Assembly: GCA_036395195.1 (NCBI GenBank)
Contig: DASWDP010000009.1
Span: forward strand, 1 to 45,192
Direction: 5' to 3'
Length of the DNA: 45,192 nucleotides
DNA from: Gemmatimonadales bacterium
GTDB taxonomy: Bacteria > Gemmatimonadota > Gemmatimonadetes > Gemmatimonadales > GWC2-71-9
Shown one piece after another: positions 9,636 to 17,742 of this stretch. The first letter of the stretch is position 1, and every line of letters starts with the position of its first letter. The position numbers and the translations under genes are program-made. Below the pieces are notes generated by a model, which did not search any database, was not told the DNA's origin, and worked only from the letters and a program-made list of their open reading frames with translations.

Positions 9636-10289
9636 ATGTTCATCGGCCACTACGCCGTCGCGCTCGCCGCCAAACGCGCCGCCCCCCGGACCTCGCTCGG
9701 CACCCTGTTCGCCGCGGCGTCGCTCGCCGACCTGCTGTGGCCCGCGTTCGTCCTGGCGGGGTGGGAGCAGGTGCGCATCACCGGCGGCGCCAATCCGCTC
9801 CTCGCGCTCACGTTCGACGCGTATCCGATCTCGCACAGCCTGCTCACCCTGCTCGCGTGGGGGGTGCTGTTCGCCCTGCTATACCGCGCGCGCACCGGCT
9901 ACGCCCGCGGCGCGGTCGCCGTCGGCCTCCTCGTGGTCAGCCACTGGGTGCTCGACTTCTTCACGCATCTCCCCGACATGCCGCTGTACCCGGGCGGGCC
10001 GCGGCTGGGCCTCGGGCTCTGGAGTTCGGTGCCGGGAACCGTCCTCGTCGAAGCGCTGATGTACGGCGCCGGCCTCTGGATCTACGCGGCCTCCACCCGT
10101 GCGCGCGACCGGGTGGGCCGCTACGGCTTCTGGGCGCTCGTCGCGGTGATCACCCTGTCGTACGTCGCGTCGCTCTTCAGCCCGCCTCCGCCGACGGTGA
10201 CGGCGTTGGGGATCGGCGGCATCGTGTTCGGCTGGCTGTTCGTGGGGTGGGCGGCGTGGGCGGATAAACACCGAGACGGCGTTACATAA
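9636..10289 (+). CDS. Integral membrane protein, possibly YdjM/DUF457-like metal-dependent hydrolase
   Basis: 217 aa with about six hydrophobic helices. His/Asp residues sit at helix ends (MFIGHY, ISHSLL, SHWVLDFFTH). It starts 2 nt after the tyrS stop. The family assignment is tentative. Confidence 0.65.
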   Translation: MFIGHYAVALAAKRAAPRTSLGTLFAAASLADLLWPAFVLAGWEQVRITGGANPLLALTFDAYPISHSLLTLLAWGVLFALLYRARTGYARGAVAVGLLVVSHWVLDFFTHLPDMPLYPGGPRLGLGLWSSVPGTVLVEALMYGAGLWIYAASTRARDRVGRYGFWALVAVITLSYVASLFSPPPPTVTALGIGGIVFGWLFVGWAAWADKHRDGVT

Positions 10290-10352
10290 ACAACGTTGCA
10301 CGTCAGACGTTGCACGCGAGACGTGGGACGTGCAACGTGTAACGTGTAACGC
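10280..10352. repeat. Heptamer-repeat palindrome, ACGTnnn type, in a convergent intergenic spacer
   Basis: Eight in-phase heptamers run from 10293 to 10348: ACGTTGC ACGTCAG ACGTTGC ACGCGAG ACGTGGG ACGTGCA ACGTGTA ACGTGTA. The stem 10294-10316 / 10329-10351 is 23 bp with 2 mismatches and 1 G:T, and the loop is 12 nt. Confidence 0.88.
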
Positions 10353-10357
10353 CTTCT

Positions 10358-11545
10358 TTATTCCAGTTGATCTAAGACGTCCAGCACCCGTTCCATCTCC
10401 TCGACGGTGTTGTAGCAGTGCGGGGCCAGGCGGATCGCACCCTCGCGCAGCGAGCACACGACGTGGGCGCGCTTGAGCGCGTGGTAGGCCTCGGCGGGGT
10501 GCTCCGGCGCGAGACAGATGATCGCCGAACGGTGCGCCTCGTCGCGCGGTGACACGACGCGGACGCCGTTCTCGTCCGCCCACTTGAGCACCGGCTCGTG
10601 CAGCGTGCGGGCGTACTGCGCGATGTCGCCGATCCCCAGCTGGGCCAGCATCCCCACCGACGCCGTCATGCCGTAGAAGTCCTGGAAGGGGAGCGTGACC
10701 ATCTCGAAGCGGCGGGCGTCGGCGCGGAAGGTGGGGTTGTACTCGGTGAGGCGGGAAAAATCGTCGGTCCCCTCGAACGCCATCCACCCGGTGACCGCGG
10801 GCTCGAGCGCCGCGATCAGCTCGCGGCGCACGTACACGAACCCGGAGCCCCAGGGCGAGAGCAGCCACTTCTGCCCGCCGCACGCCAGGATGTCCACCGG
10901 CGTGTCGCGCAGGTCGAGCACCGAGTTCCCCACGCCCTGAATCCCGTCCACCACGAGGAACGTGCCGTTGGCGCGGCAGGCGACGCCGAGCCGGCCCAGG
11001 TCCGCGCGGTAGCCGTTCGAGAACTGGACGAACGACACGGCGAGGACGCGCACGCGCGGGTCGTGCAGGCGCTCGACCAGGTAGTCCTCGTCGGGCCAGC
11101 CCTCGGGCCCGCAGGGGGCGAGCTCGACCTCGACACCCTCGTTCTTGAGGAGCAGCCACGGGTACACGTTCGCCGGGAACTCGCGGTCCGACACGAGCAC
11201 CACGTCTCCCGCCTGCAGCGGCAGCGCCCGCGCCGCGAGGTTCAAGCCGTGGCTCGTGTTCGTGGCGAGGGCGATCTCCGCCGGCTCGGCGTTCACGAAT
11301 CGGGCGACCGCCGCGCGCGCGTCCCCCAGACCCGCCTGCAGCTCGCGGTCGGGCAGGAGGTGCGGCGCGGTGCGCTTGGCGGTGAACTCGTCGAGGGCGC
11401 GGCGGGTACGCTCGGGGATAGGGCCGATCGAGGCGTTGTTCAGGTACACCGTGTCCGCGGTCCAGGGGAACTCGGCGGCGCGGAGCGCGCGGAACTGGTC
11501 GCGCAGCGCCCTCAGGCGCGTCGGGTGGTAGGCGATGTCGGTCAT
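10358..11545 (-). CDS. Aminotransferase class V-fold PLP-dependent enzyme (cysteine desulfurase/epimerase-like)
   Basis: 395 aa from MTDIAYHP. Motifs are LNNASIGP, TNTSHGLN and a PLP-lysine context GGQKWLLSPWGSGF. The start ATG overlaps the stop of the upstream permease (ATGA). Confidence 0.85.
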   Translation of the reverse strand: MTDIAYHPTRLRALRDQFRALRAAEFPWTADTVYLNNASIGPIPERTRRALDEFTAKRTAPHLLPDRELQAGLGDARAAVARFVNAEPAEIALATNTSHGLNLAARALPLQAGDVVLVSDREFPANVYPWLLLKNEGVEVELAPCGPEGWPDEDYLVERLHDPRVRVLAVSFVQFSNGYRADLGRLGVACRANGTFLVVDGIQGVGNSVLDLRDTPVDILACGGQKWLLSPWGSGFVYVRRELIAALEPAVTGWMAFEGTDDFSRLTEYNPTFRADARRFEMVTLPFQDFYGMTASVGMLAQLGIGDIAQYARTLHEPVLKWADENGVRVVSPRDEAHRSAIICLAPEHPAEAYHALKRAHVVCSLREGAIRLAPHCYNTVEEMERVLDVLDQLE

Positions 11546-12357
11546 GCTCGGACGTCCAGCGCGTCGCGCAACCCGTCGCCCACGAGGTTCACCCCCAGCA
11601 CTGTCAGACCGATCCCGAGCCCCGGGAACAGCGACACCCAGGGGGCGACCCGCAGCAGGTCGCGACCCTCCGCGACCATCGCGCCCCACGAGGGAGTGGG
11701 AGGCTGGGCGCCGAGCCCCACGAAGGACAGCGCCGCCTCGGCCATGATCGCTCCGCCGACGCCGAGCGTGGCCGCCACGATCACCGGGCCGAGCACGTTC
11801 GGCAGCACGTGCCGGGTCACGAGGCGCGCGTCCGGCGCGCCGAGCGCCCGCGCCGCCTGCACGTAATCGAGCTGCCGCACCACCAGCACCTGGCCGCGCA
11901 CGAGCCGAGCCATCCCCGCCCAGCCCACGAGCCCGATCACCACGCAGACGACCGGCAGGGAGGGCCGCACGGCGGCCGCGATCGCGATCAGGAGGAGCAG
12001 CGAGGGAAAGGCGAGCGTCACGTCCGCGACGCGCATCACGAGCGTATCGACCCAGCGGCCGTAATAGCCGGCGGCGAGCCCGAGGGCGAGCCCCACGCCG
12101 AGGGCGATCACCTGGCTCGCGAGCCCGACGGCGAGCGACAGCCGGGCACCGAACAGGACGCGGCTCAACACGTCCCGCCCCTGCGCGTCGGTGCCGAACC
12201 AGTACGCCGCCGACGGCCCTCGCAGGGCGGCGGAGAGGTTCCCGTGGTAGGGGTCTCCCGGCGCCAGCCACGGCGCGGCGAGCGCGACGAGGACGAGCGT
12301 CGCCACAACGGCGAGCCCGGTGATGGTCCAGCGACTTCGGAGGACGCGATGACGCAT
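11542..12357 (-). CDS. ABC transporter permease, DppC/OppC family
   Basis: BPD_transp_1-type core is present (LAFPSLLLLIAI, ARALGA...RHVLPNV). The N-terminus ends in LAAPWLAPGDP. The start is either the ATG at 12357 or an upstream GTG at 12381. Confidence 0.8.
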   Translation of the reverse strand: MRHRVLRSRWTITGLAVVATLVLVALAAPWLAPGDPYHGNLSAALRGPSAAYWFGTDAQGRDVLSRVLFGARLSLAVGLASQVIALGVGLALGLAAGYYGRWVDTLVMRVADVTLAFPSLLLLIAIAAAVRPSLPVVCVVIGLVGWAGMARLVRGQVLVVRQLDYVQAARALGAPDARLVTRHVLPNVLGPVIVAATLGVGGAIMAEAALSFVGLGAQPPTPSWGAMVAEGRDLLRVAPWVSLFPGLGIGLTVLGVNLVGDGLRDALDVRA

Positions 12358-12427
12358 GAGTAGCGCGAGGCTGGGGGCCACGACTACGTTACTCGGAGGC
12401 TCACCTTCCGGGCAAGCGGCGGATCAC

Positions 12428-13513
12428 GTGAACAATCAAACCCGGTTCACCCTCGTGCTGGGCGGCGGCGGCATGAAAGGCGTCGCGCACGTGGGCGTGC
12501 TGCAAGCGCTCACCGAGCGCGGGCTCGTGCCGGCGCAGATCGTCGGCTCGAGCGTGGGCGCGCTGGTGGGCGCCGGGTGGTCGGCCGGGAAGAGCATCGC
12601 CGAGCTGCGCGAGGTGGCGATCGGGCTGCGGCGCAAGGACGTGTTCGCCGTCGCGCACGCGGACATGGCGTTCAAACGAATGCGCTCCCCCGCCCTGTTC
12701 CGCCGCGAGCCGCTCGACCTCCTGATCCAGCGCCTGGTGGGCGACGTCACGTTTCAGGAGCTGCGGCACCCGCTGATCGTGAACACCGTGGACATCAACT
12801 CCGGGATGCAGATGTTCTGGGGGCTCGACGGGCTCGACGAGGTCCCGGTGCGGGACGCCGTGTTCGCATCGTGCGCGCTGCCGGGTTACCTGCCGCCGCG
12901 CGAGATCCGCGGGCGGTTCTACGTGGACGGCGCCACGGTGGATAACCTGCCGGTGGGCACGGCGCGCATTCTCGGCGCGGACCTGATCCTCGCCGTGGAC
13001 GTGTCCGCGTCGAACGCGTTCCGCGCCGACACGCAGGAGGAAGGCTTCGCCGCCGTGTTCGCGCGCGCGACGGAGATCGCAATGCAGTCGCTGCTGGAGC
13101 AGCGACTGCGCGACTGGACGACCCCGCCGATCTATTACGTCCACCCGCGCGTCGAGCACATCTCCGCGTTCTCGTTCGACCACCTGCGCGAGCTGGTGGA
13201 GGAAGGCTATCGCTCCACGGTCGCCGCGCTCGAACGGCCGGCCGAATGGCCCGGCCCGGGGGATGCGGGGATGTACCCGCGCCGCGCCGTCACCGTGCGC
13301 GTCCAGCGCGAGCGCTGCATCGGCTGCGGCGCGTGCCTCGTACAGGCGCCGCCGGGGATGTTCGTGCTCGACGCCCAGGGGAAGGCGGTGGTGACGCGTC
13401 CCGACCAGGAGTGGTCGCCGATCGACGGCGAGTTCATCCGCCACTGCCCGACGTACGCGATCAGCGCGCGACCGGCGGCCTCTGCCGCCGAAACTCGGCG
13501 TCAATCCGGATGA
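12428..13513 (+). CDS. Patatin-like phospholipase fused to a C-terminal single-cluster ferredoxin domain
   Basis: Patatin motifs are GGGGMKG (oxyanion), GSSVG (GxSxG nucleophile) and DGATVDN (catalytic Asp). The C-terminal ~70 aa carry CIGCGAC...HCP. The start is probably the GTG at 12428. The 5' extension to the ATG at 12356 has poor GC3. Confidence 0.8.
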   Translation: MNNQTRFTLVLGGGGMKGVAHVGVLQALTERGLVPAQIVGSSVGALVGAGWSAGKSIAELREVAIGLRRKDVFAVAHADMAFKRMRSPALFRREPLDLLIQRLVGDVTFQELRHPLIVNTVDINSGMQMFWGLDGLDEVPVRDAVFASCALPGYLPPREIRGRFYVDGATVDNLPVGTARILGADLILAVDVSASNAFRADTQEEGFAAVFARATEIAMQSLLEQRLRDWTTPPIYYVHPRVEHISAFSFDHLRELVEEGYRSTVAALERPAEWPGPGDAGMYPRRAVTVRVQRERCIGCGACLVQAPPGMFVLDAQGKAVVTRPDQEWSPIDGEFIRHCPTYAISARPAASAAETRRQSG

Positions 13514-14657
13514 GGTCCCGCGCCACCCGGTCCCAGTTGTAGTAGGTCTCGACCCTGCGGCGGCCGGCCGCGCCCATTTGGCGACGCAGGCCGTCGTCCC
13601 CGAGCAGCCGCTTCACGCCCGCGGCGACGGCCTCGGGATCCTCGGAGTTCACGAGGATCCCCGATTCCCCGTCGCGCACGGCCTCCGGTACGCCACCCGT
13701 GCGCCCGCCAACGATCGCAAGTCCGCAGGCCGACGCTTCGATGAACGCGAGCGGGAAGCCCTCGTTCAGATCGTGTACCCGCCGCGACGCTCCCACATAC
13801 AGCGTGGCCGCATTGTAAAGACCCGGCAGGTCGTCGTTCGCCACCGGGCCGAGGAATCGGACTGCGTCGGCCACGCCCAACCGGGCGGCCAGCTGCTCGA
13901 ACTCCGCGCGGTACGGCCCGGCGCCGGCGACTGCGTAGCGCGTGCCCGGGAAGGCCGCCCGCACCGCGGGGAGGGCCTTGATGACGGTGTCGATTCCTTT
14001 GACCCGCTGGATGCGGGCAGCGGTGAGCAGCCATGGTCCGCCATCGAGGCCGAACTTCGTCCGCACGCCTTGCGGATCGACCCCGGGGCGGAAATGCTTC
14101 GGATCCGCACCTAGCTGGACCACTCGCACTGTCTGCGCGAGCCGCAGCGCGCCGTGCTCCTCGAGGACGCTGCGGGCCAGGTCCGCCGTCCAGTGACTCA
14201 CCGCCACCACGACCGAGGCCGGATCCAACAGGAGGCGCGCCATGCGGCGCTTGAACCGCGAGCGGCGGCTCTTCTCCTGCAAGAGAAGGAGTTCCGTACT
14301 GTTGTGCACGACGATGCCGTAGGGGAGTCCGTAGCGGGCGGACAGCCATCGTGCGGGATAGGCCGCCGGTTTCAGCTCACCGCACCAGGCGAATCCCGGA
14401 CGCAAGCGACGAGCGAGGCTGCTCGCACGCCACGTCCAGGCCGCCAGCCCGTTGATCGTCCGAAGGCGCCGCGCCGGCACGCCGACCCGGTCGACGGTCT
14501 GCGGGATCGCCCGGTCGACGGCTTCGCTGCCAGGATACGTGCCGGTGGAAACGACGAGTGCTCCGGGAGGAAAGTGCCGGGTCAGCTCTCCCATCATGCG
14601 GGCGATGCCGCCCTCGTGGGGCGGGAAGTTGTACGCGAGGAGAAGCGTGGTGCTCAA
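13461..14657 (-). CDS. Glycosyltransferase family 4 (paralog 1 of a tandem pair)
   Basis: 398 aa from a TTG at 14657, overlapping the upstream stop (TTGA). The C-terminal GT1/GT4 signature is EGFPLAFIEASACGLAIVG...GESG. It is closely similar to the next gene. Confidence 0.85.
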   Translation of the reverse strand: MSTTLLLAYNFPPHEGGIARMMGELTRHFPPGALVVSTGTYPGSEAVDRAIPQTVDRVGVPARRLRTINGLAAWTWRASSLARRLRPGFAWCGELKPAAYPARWLSARYGLPYGIVVHNSTELLLLQEKSRRSRFKRRMARLLLDPASVVVAVSHWTADLARSVLEEHGALRLAQTVRVVQLGADPKHFRPGVDPQGVRTKFGLDGGPWLLTAARIQRVKGIDTVIKALPAVRAAFPGTRYAVAGAGPYRAEFEQLAARLGVADAVRFLGPVANDDLPGLYNAATLYVGASRRVHDLNEGFPLAFIEASACGLAIVGGRTGGVPEAVRDGESGILVNSEDPEAVAAGVKRLLGDDGLRRQMGAAGRRRVETYYNWDRVARDLIRIDAEFRRQRPPVAR

Positions 14658-15850
14658 GCGGGGAACTGCCCCACCACTTCCGCTTCGATCGCACGGAGGT
14701 CGCGGACGACGCGGTCCCAGTTGTAGTACGTCTCGACCGCCCGTCGTCCAGCCGCGCCGATGCGCCGGGCGAGCCCGCCGTCGGCGAGGAGGCGCGAGAC
14801 CGCGTCCCCGAGCGCCGCCGGATCCTCGGGCGGCACCAGGAAGCCCGTCTCGCCGTCGCGCACGGCGTCCGGAATCCCGCCGGAGTTGCCGCCCACGACC
14901 GGCAGCCCGCACGCCGACGCCTCGACGAGCGAGATCCCGAATCCCTCGACGCCGACCCGCTCGGCGCGGCGTGACGCCCCCACGTACACCGAGGCGAGGT
15001 TGTACAACGCGGGCAGGTCCCGGTCGTCGATCGCGCCGAGGAACGTCACCCGGTCCGCCACGCCGACATGGCGCGCCAGCTCCTCCAGCTGCTCGCGCGC
15101 CCCCCCCGGGCCGCTGCCGGCCACGACGTAGCGCACGTCAGGCGCCCGCTCGAGGATGGCGGGGAGCGCCTGCAACACCGTGTCCATGCCCTTGTGCGGC
15201 GTGAGCCGCGCCACGGTGAGCAGCCAGCGGACGCCGCCGTCCGGTAGGCCGAAGCGCTGGCGCAGCTCCGCCGGATCCACGCCGGGCCTGAAGCGATCGG
15301 GATCGGTGCCGAGGTGCACCACGCGCAGCCGCTGGCCGTGGCCGTCGAGCCCCAGCTCGCCGAGGACGCTGAGGGCGAGGTCGCGGGTCCAGGCGCTGTT
15401 CGCCATGAGCACCGCGGCACCGCCCAGGATCGCGCGCGCGGAGCGCCGCTTGAAGCGGGACTGGCGGGACTTGTGCTGCTCGGTCAGCAGGTCGCCCCCG
15501 TGAAAGTAGATCCCGTAGGGCACGCGGCAGCGCTCCAGCACCCAGCGCGCGGGGTAGCCGGCAGGCTTGACGTTGCCGCAGTGCACGAAGCGCACGTGGT
15601 GGCGGCGCGCGAGCGCCGCCGCCCGCCGCGACCAGAGCAGCAGCCCCGGCAGGGTCTTCGTGAGCCGGCGGCTCACCGGCAGGCGGTCCACGACGCCGTC
15701 GAGGTGGGCGTCGAAGTCCGCCGCATCGCGATCCTGGGGCGTCGAAACGATCAGCTCGCCGGGCGCGTAGCGCTTCGCCATCTCGCCGTGCAGGCGGGCG
15801 ATACCCCCGCCCATCGGGGGAAAGTCCTGCGCGAGCAGCAGCGTCGTCAT
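14654..15850 (-). CDS. Glycosyltransferase family 4 (paralog 2 of a tandem pair)
   Basis: 398 aa from MTTLLLAQDFPP. The GT4 signature is EGFGISLVEASACGLPVVG...GETG. There is an ATGA overlap with the upstream GT2 gene. Confidence 0.88.
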   Translation of the reverse strand: MTTLLLAQDFPPMGGGIARLHGEMAKRYAPGELIVSTPQDRDAADFDAHLDGVVDRLPVSRRLTKTLPGLLLWSRRAAALARRHHVRFVHCGNVKPAGYPARWVLERCRVPYGIYFHGGDLLTEQHKSRQSRFKRRSARAILGGAAVLMANSAWTRDLALSVLGELGLDGHGQRLRVVHLGTDPDRFRPGVDPAELRQRFGLPDGGVRWLLTVARLTPHKGMDTVLQALPAILERAPDVRYVVAGSGPGGAREQLEELARHVGVADRVTFLGAIDDRDLPALYNLASVYVGASRRAERVGVEGFGISLVEASACGLPVVGGNSGGIPDAVRDGETGFLVPPEDPAALGDAVSRLLADGGLARRIGAAGRRAVETYYNWDRVVRDLRAIEAEVVGQFPA

Positions 15851-16596
15851 CGCGAGCGCTCCCAAAGGCGGGCGTACTTCAGGAACACACTCACGGCGGC
15901 GAGCCCGCACAACACGACACCGTGCCATCCGTCGAGAATGCCGAGCTGCAGGAAATACATGCGGACGAAACGCACGGGCGGGCGGAGCAGGAGATCCGTG
16001 ACGCGCGGCCGGCGCCCGCGGCCCGCGAGCTCCTCCGCCGCGAACCCCGTGGAGCGATCGAGCTTCTGCAGGTAGTGCTTGAGATCGCGATAGGGCACGT
16101 GCTCGAGCGGAGCGCGGAGGCGGCCCACGTCCGCCACCGGCTCGAGCGACCCGTGCACCTTGCGCTCGCCGAAGCGGCGGTTGCGCCGGAACAGCCGCAC
16201 CACCCAATCGTTTCCCCACCCCCCGTGCCGGACCAGCCTGCCGAGGAACACGTTGCTGCGGCGCACCTCGTAGGCCTCGTGCGCCGGCGCCGCGACCGTC
16301 GCCGCGAGCTCCCGCGCGAGCGCCGGCCCGACCCGCTCGTCGGCGTCGAGAGTGAACACCCACTCGTGCGCAGCCGCGGCGATCCCCGCGTTGCGCTGCG
16401 CGGTCCCGGGGCCGGGGTGGCCCAATACCCGCGCGCCCGCCTGCCGGGCGAGCTCGGCGGTGCCGTCGGTCGAGGCGTTGTCCACCACGATCACCTCGCC
16501 GGCGGAGGTCAGCCCCCGCACGCACTCACCGATGTTCGCTGCTTCGTTCCGCGTGGGGATGACGAAGGTAAGGGGAGCGGGGGGGGGCGCGGTCAT
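15847..16596 (-). CDS. Glycosyltransferase family 2 (LPS-core KdtX/WaaE-like)
   Basis: 249 aa. Motifs are FVIPTRNEA, VVDNASTDGT and DADE (DxD). Confidence 0.85.
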   Translation of the reverse strand: MTAPPPAPLTFVIPTRNEAANIGECVRGLTSAGEVIVVDNASTDGTAELARQAGARVLGHPGPGTAQRNAGIAAAAHEWVFTLDADERVGPALARELAATVAAPAHEAYEVRRSNVFLGRLVRHGGWGNDWVVRLFRRNRRFGERKVHGSLEPVADVGRLRAPLEHVPYRDLKHYLQKLDRSTGFAAEELAGRGRRPRVTDLLLRPPVRFVRMYFLQLGILDGWHGVVLCGLAAVSVFLKYARLWERSR

Positions 16597-16611
16597 GACC
16601 TTCGCTGAATG

Positions 16612-17733
16612 CTAACCAGACGCATCGCCGGCGAGCAATCGCCGCCGCGCGAGCGCTTCGCGATACACCGCCTCGGTGCGCTCGGCGGTGCGCTCCAACG
16701 TGAAGTCGCGCCGCACCAGCTCCCGCCCCGCGCGCGCCACCCGGCGGGAGAAATCGCCGTCGCCGAGCACCCGCTCGAGGGCCCGCGCCCAACCCGCCGG
16801 GTCGAGCGGCGGGACGAGCACGCCGGTCTCGCCCGACCTGACGAGATCGGGGTTGCCGCCGGAGTCCGACGCGACCACCGGCAGCCCCAGCGCCATCGCC
16901 TCGAGCAGCGCCTGCGACAACCCTTCGATGCGCGACGGCAGGGCCGCCGCGGCCGCGAGATGATAGAACGCGAGCGGGCGCTCGGTGCGCGGCACGAACG
17001 CCACCGCGTGGCGTTCGGGCGCCGCGCGGGCGAGCGCGCGCAGGCGCTCGTCCGGCTCGATGCCCACGAAGGCGAGGACGACGGGCGGTCGGACCAGCGG
17101 CAGGGCCTGCAGTAGGACGTGCTGATCCTTGCGCCGCGAGACGACGGCGACGACGGGCCGGCCCCGCGTGTCGCCCCCCCCGACGGCCGCGCGGGCGGCG
17201 GCGAGCTCCCGCTCGGGCACGGGTGCGTCCACGCGCTCGAGCGCGATCCCGTTGGGCACGACGCGCAGTCGGCCCCCCGGGTGCAGGCGCCGCCGCAGGG
17301 CCCGCGCCACCGCCGCGCTCACCGCGATGGTGCGGTCCGCCGTCAGCCCCACCGGCACGAGCTCGAGGGGAGACGTGAGCGGCATCGTGCGGCGCGTGAC
17401 CACGAAGGCCTGCGGCAGGCGCCCGCGCCACCGCAACCACGTCAGCGCGCGGCGGTCGCGGGTGGCGTGCGCGTTGACCACGTCCACGCGCTCCCGCGCG
17501 ATCAGCTCCCCGAGTGCGCCCGCCAGAACGTCCAGCCGGGCGAAGGCGAGCGGCACGACCGACAGCCCCGCCTCGCGCGCGAGCCGCGCCAGCAGCACGT
17601 CCGCGCGACACCCCACGAGCAGGCGATGTCCGCGACGGGCGAGCCGCTCGCTCAAGCCGAAGATGGACTGCGTCGACCCCGCGGGGCCGCCCTGGTGCGT
17701 GAGCTGCAGGATGGTGAGGGGCCGCTCGCTCAT
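16612..17733 (-). CDS. Glycosyltransferase family 4
   Basis: 373 aa. The signature EGLSQALLEAMALGLPVVASDSGGNPDLV..GETG is present. Confidence 0.85.
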   Translation of the reverse strand: MSERPLTILQLTHQGGPAGSTQSIFGLSERLARRGHRLLVGCRADVLLARLAREAGLSVVPLAFARLDVLAGALGELIARERVDVVNAHATRDRRALTWLRWRGRLPQAFVVTRRTMPLTSPLELVPVGLTADRTIAVSAAVARALRRRLHPGGRLRVVPNGIALERVDAPVPERELAAARAAVGGGDTRGRPVVAVVSRRKDQHVLLQALPLVRPPVVLAFVGIEPDERLRALARAAPERHAVAFVPRTERPLAFYHLAAAAALPSRIEGLSQALLEAMALGLPVVASDSGGNPDLVRSGETGVLVPPLDPAGWARALERVLGDGDFSRRVARAGRELVRRDFTLERTAERTEAVYREALARRRLLAGDASG

Positions 17734-17742
17734 CGCGCGGAG

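Noticed and set aside
12428-13513. The patatin gene as a CBASS or other cyclic-nucleotide defence effector.
   Set aside because: There is no cyclase, SMODS, SAVED or other sensor gene adjacent. The flanking genes are an ABC permease and LPS glycosyltransferases. It is kept only as an unusual domain fusion.
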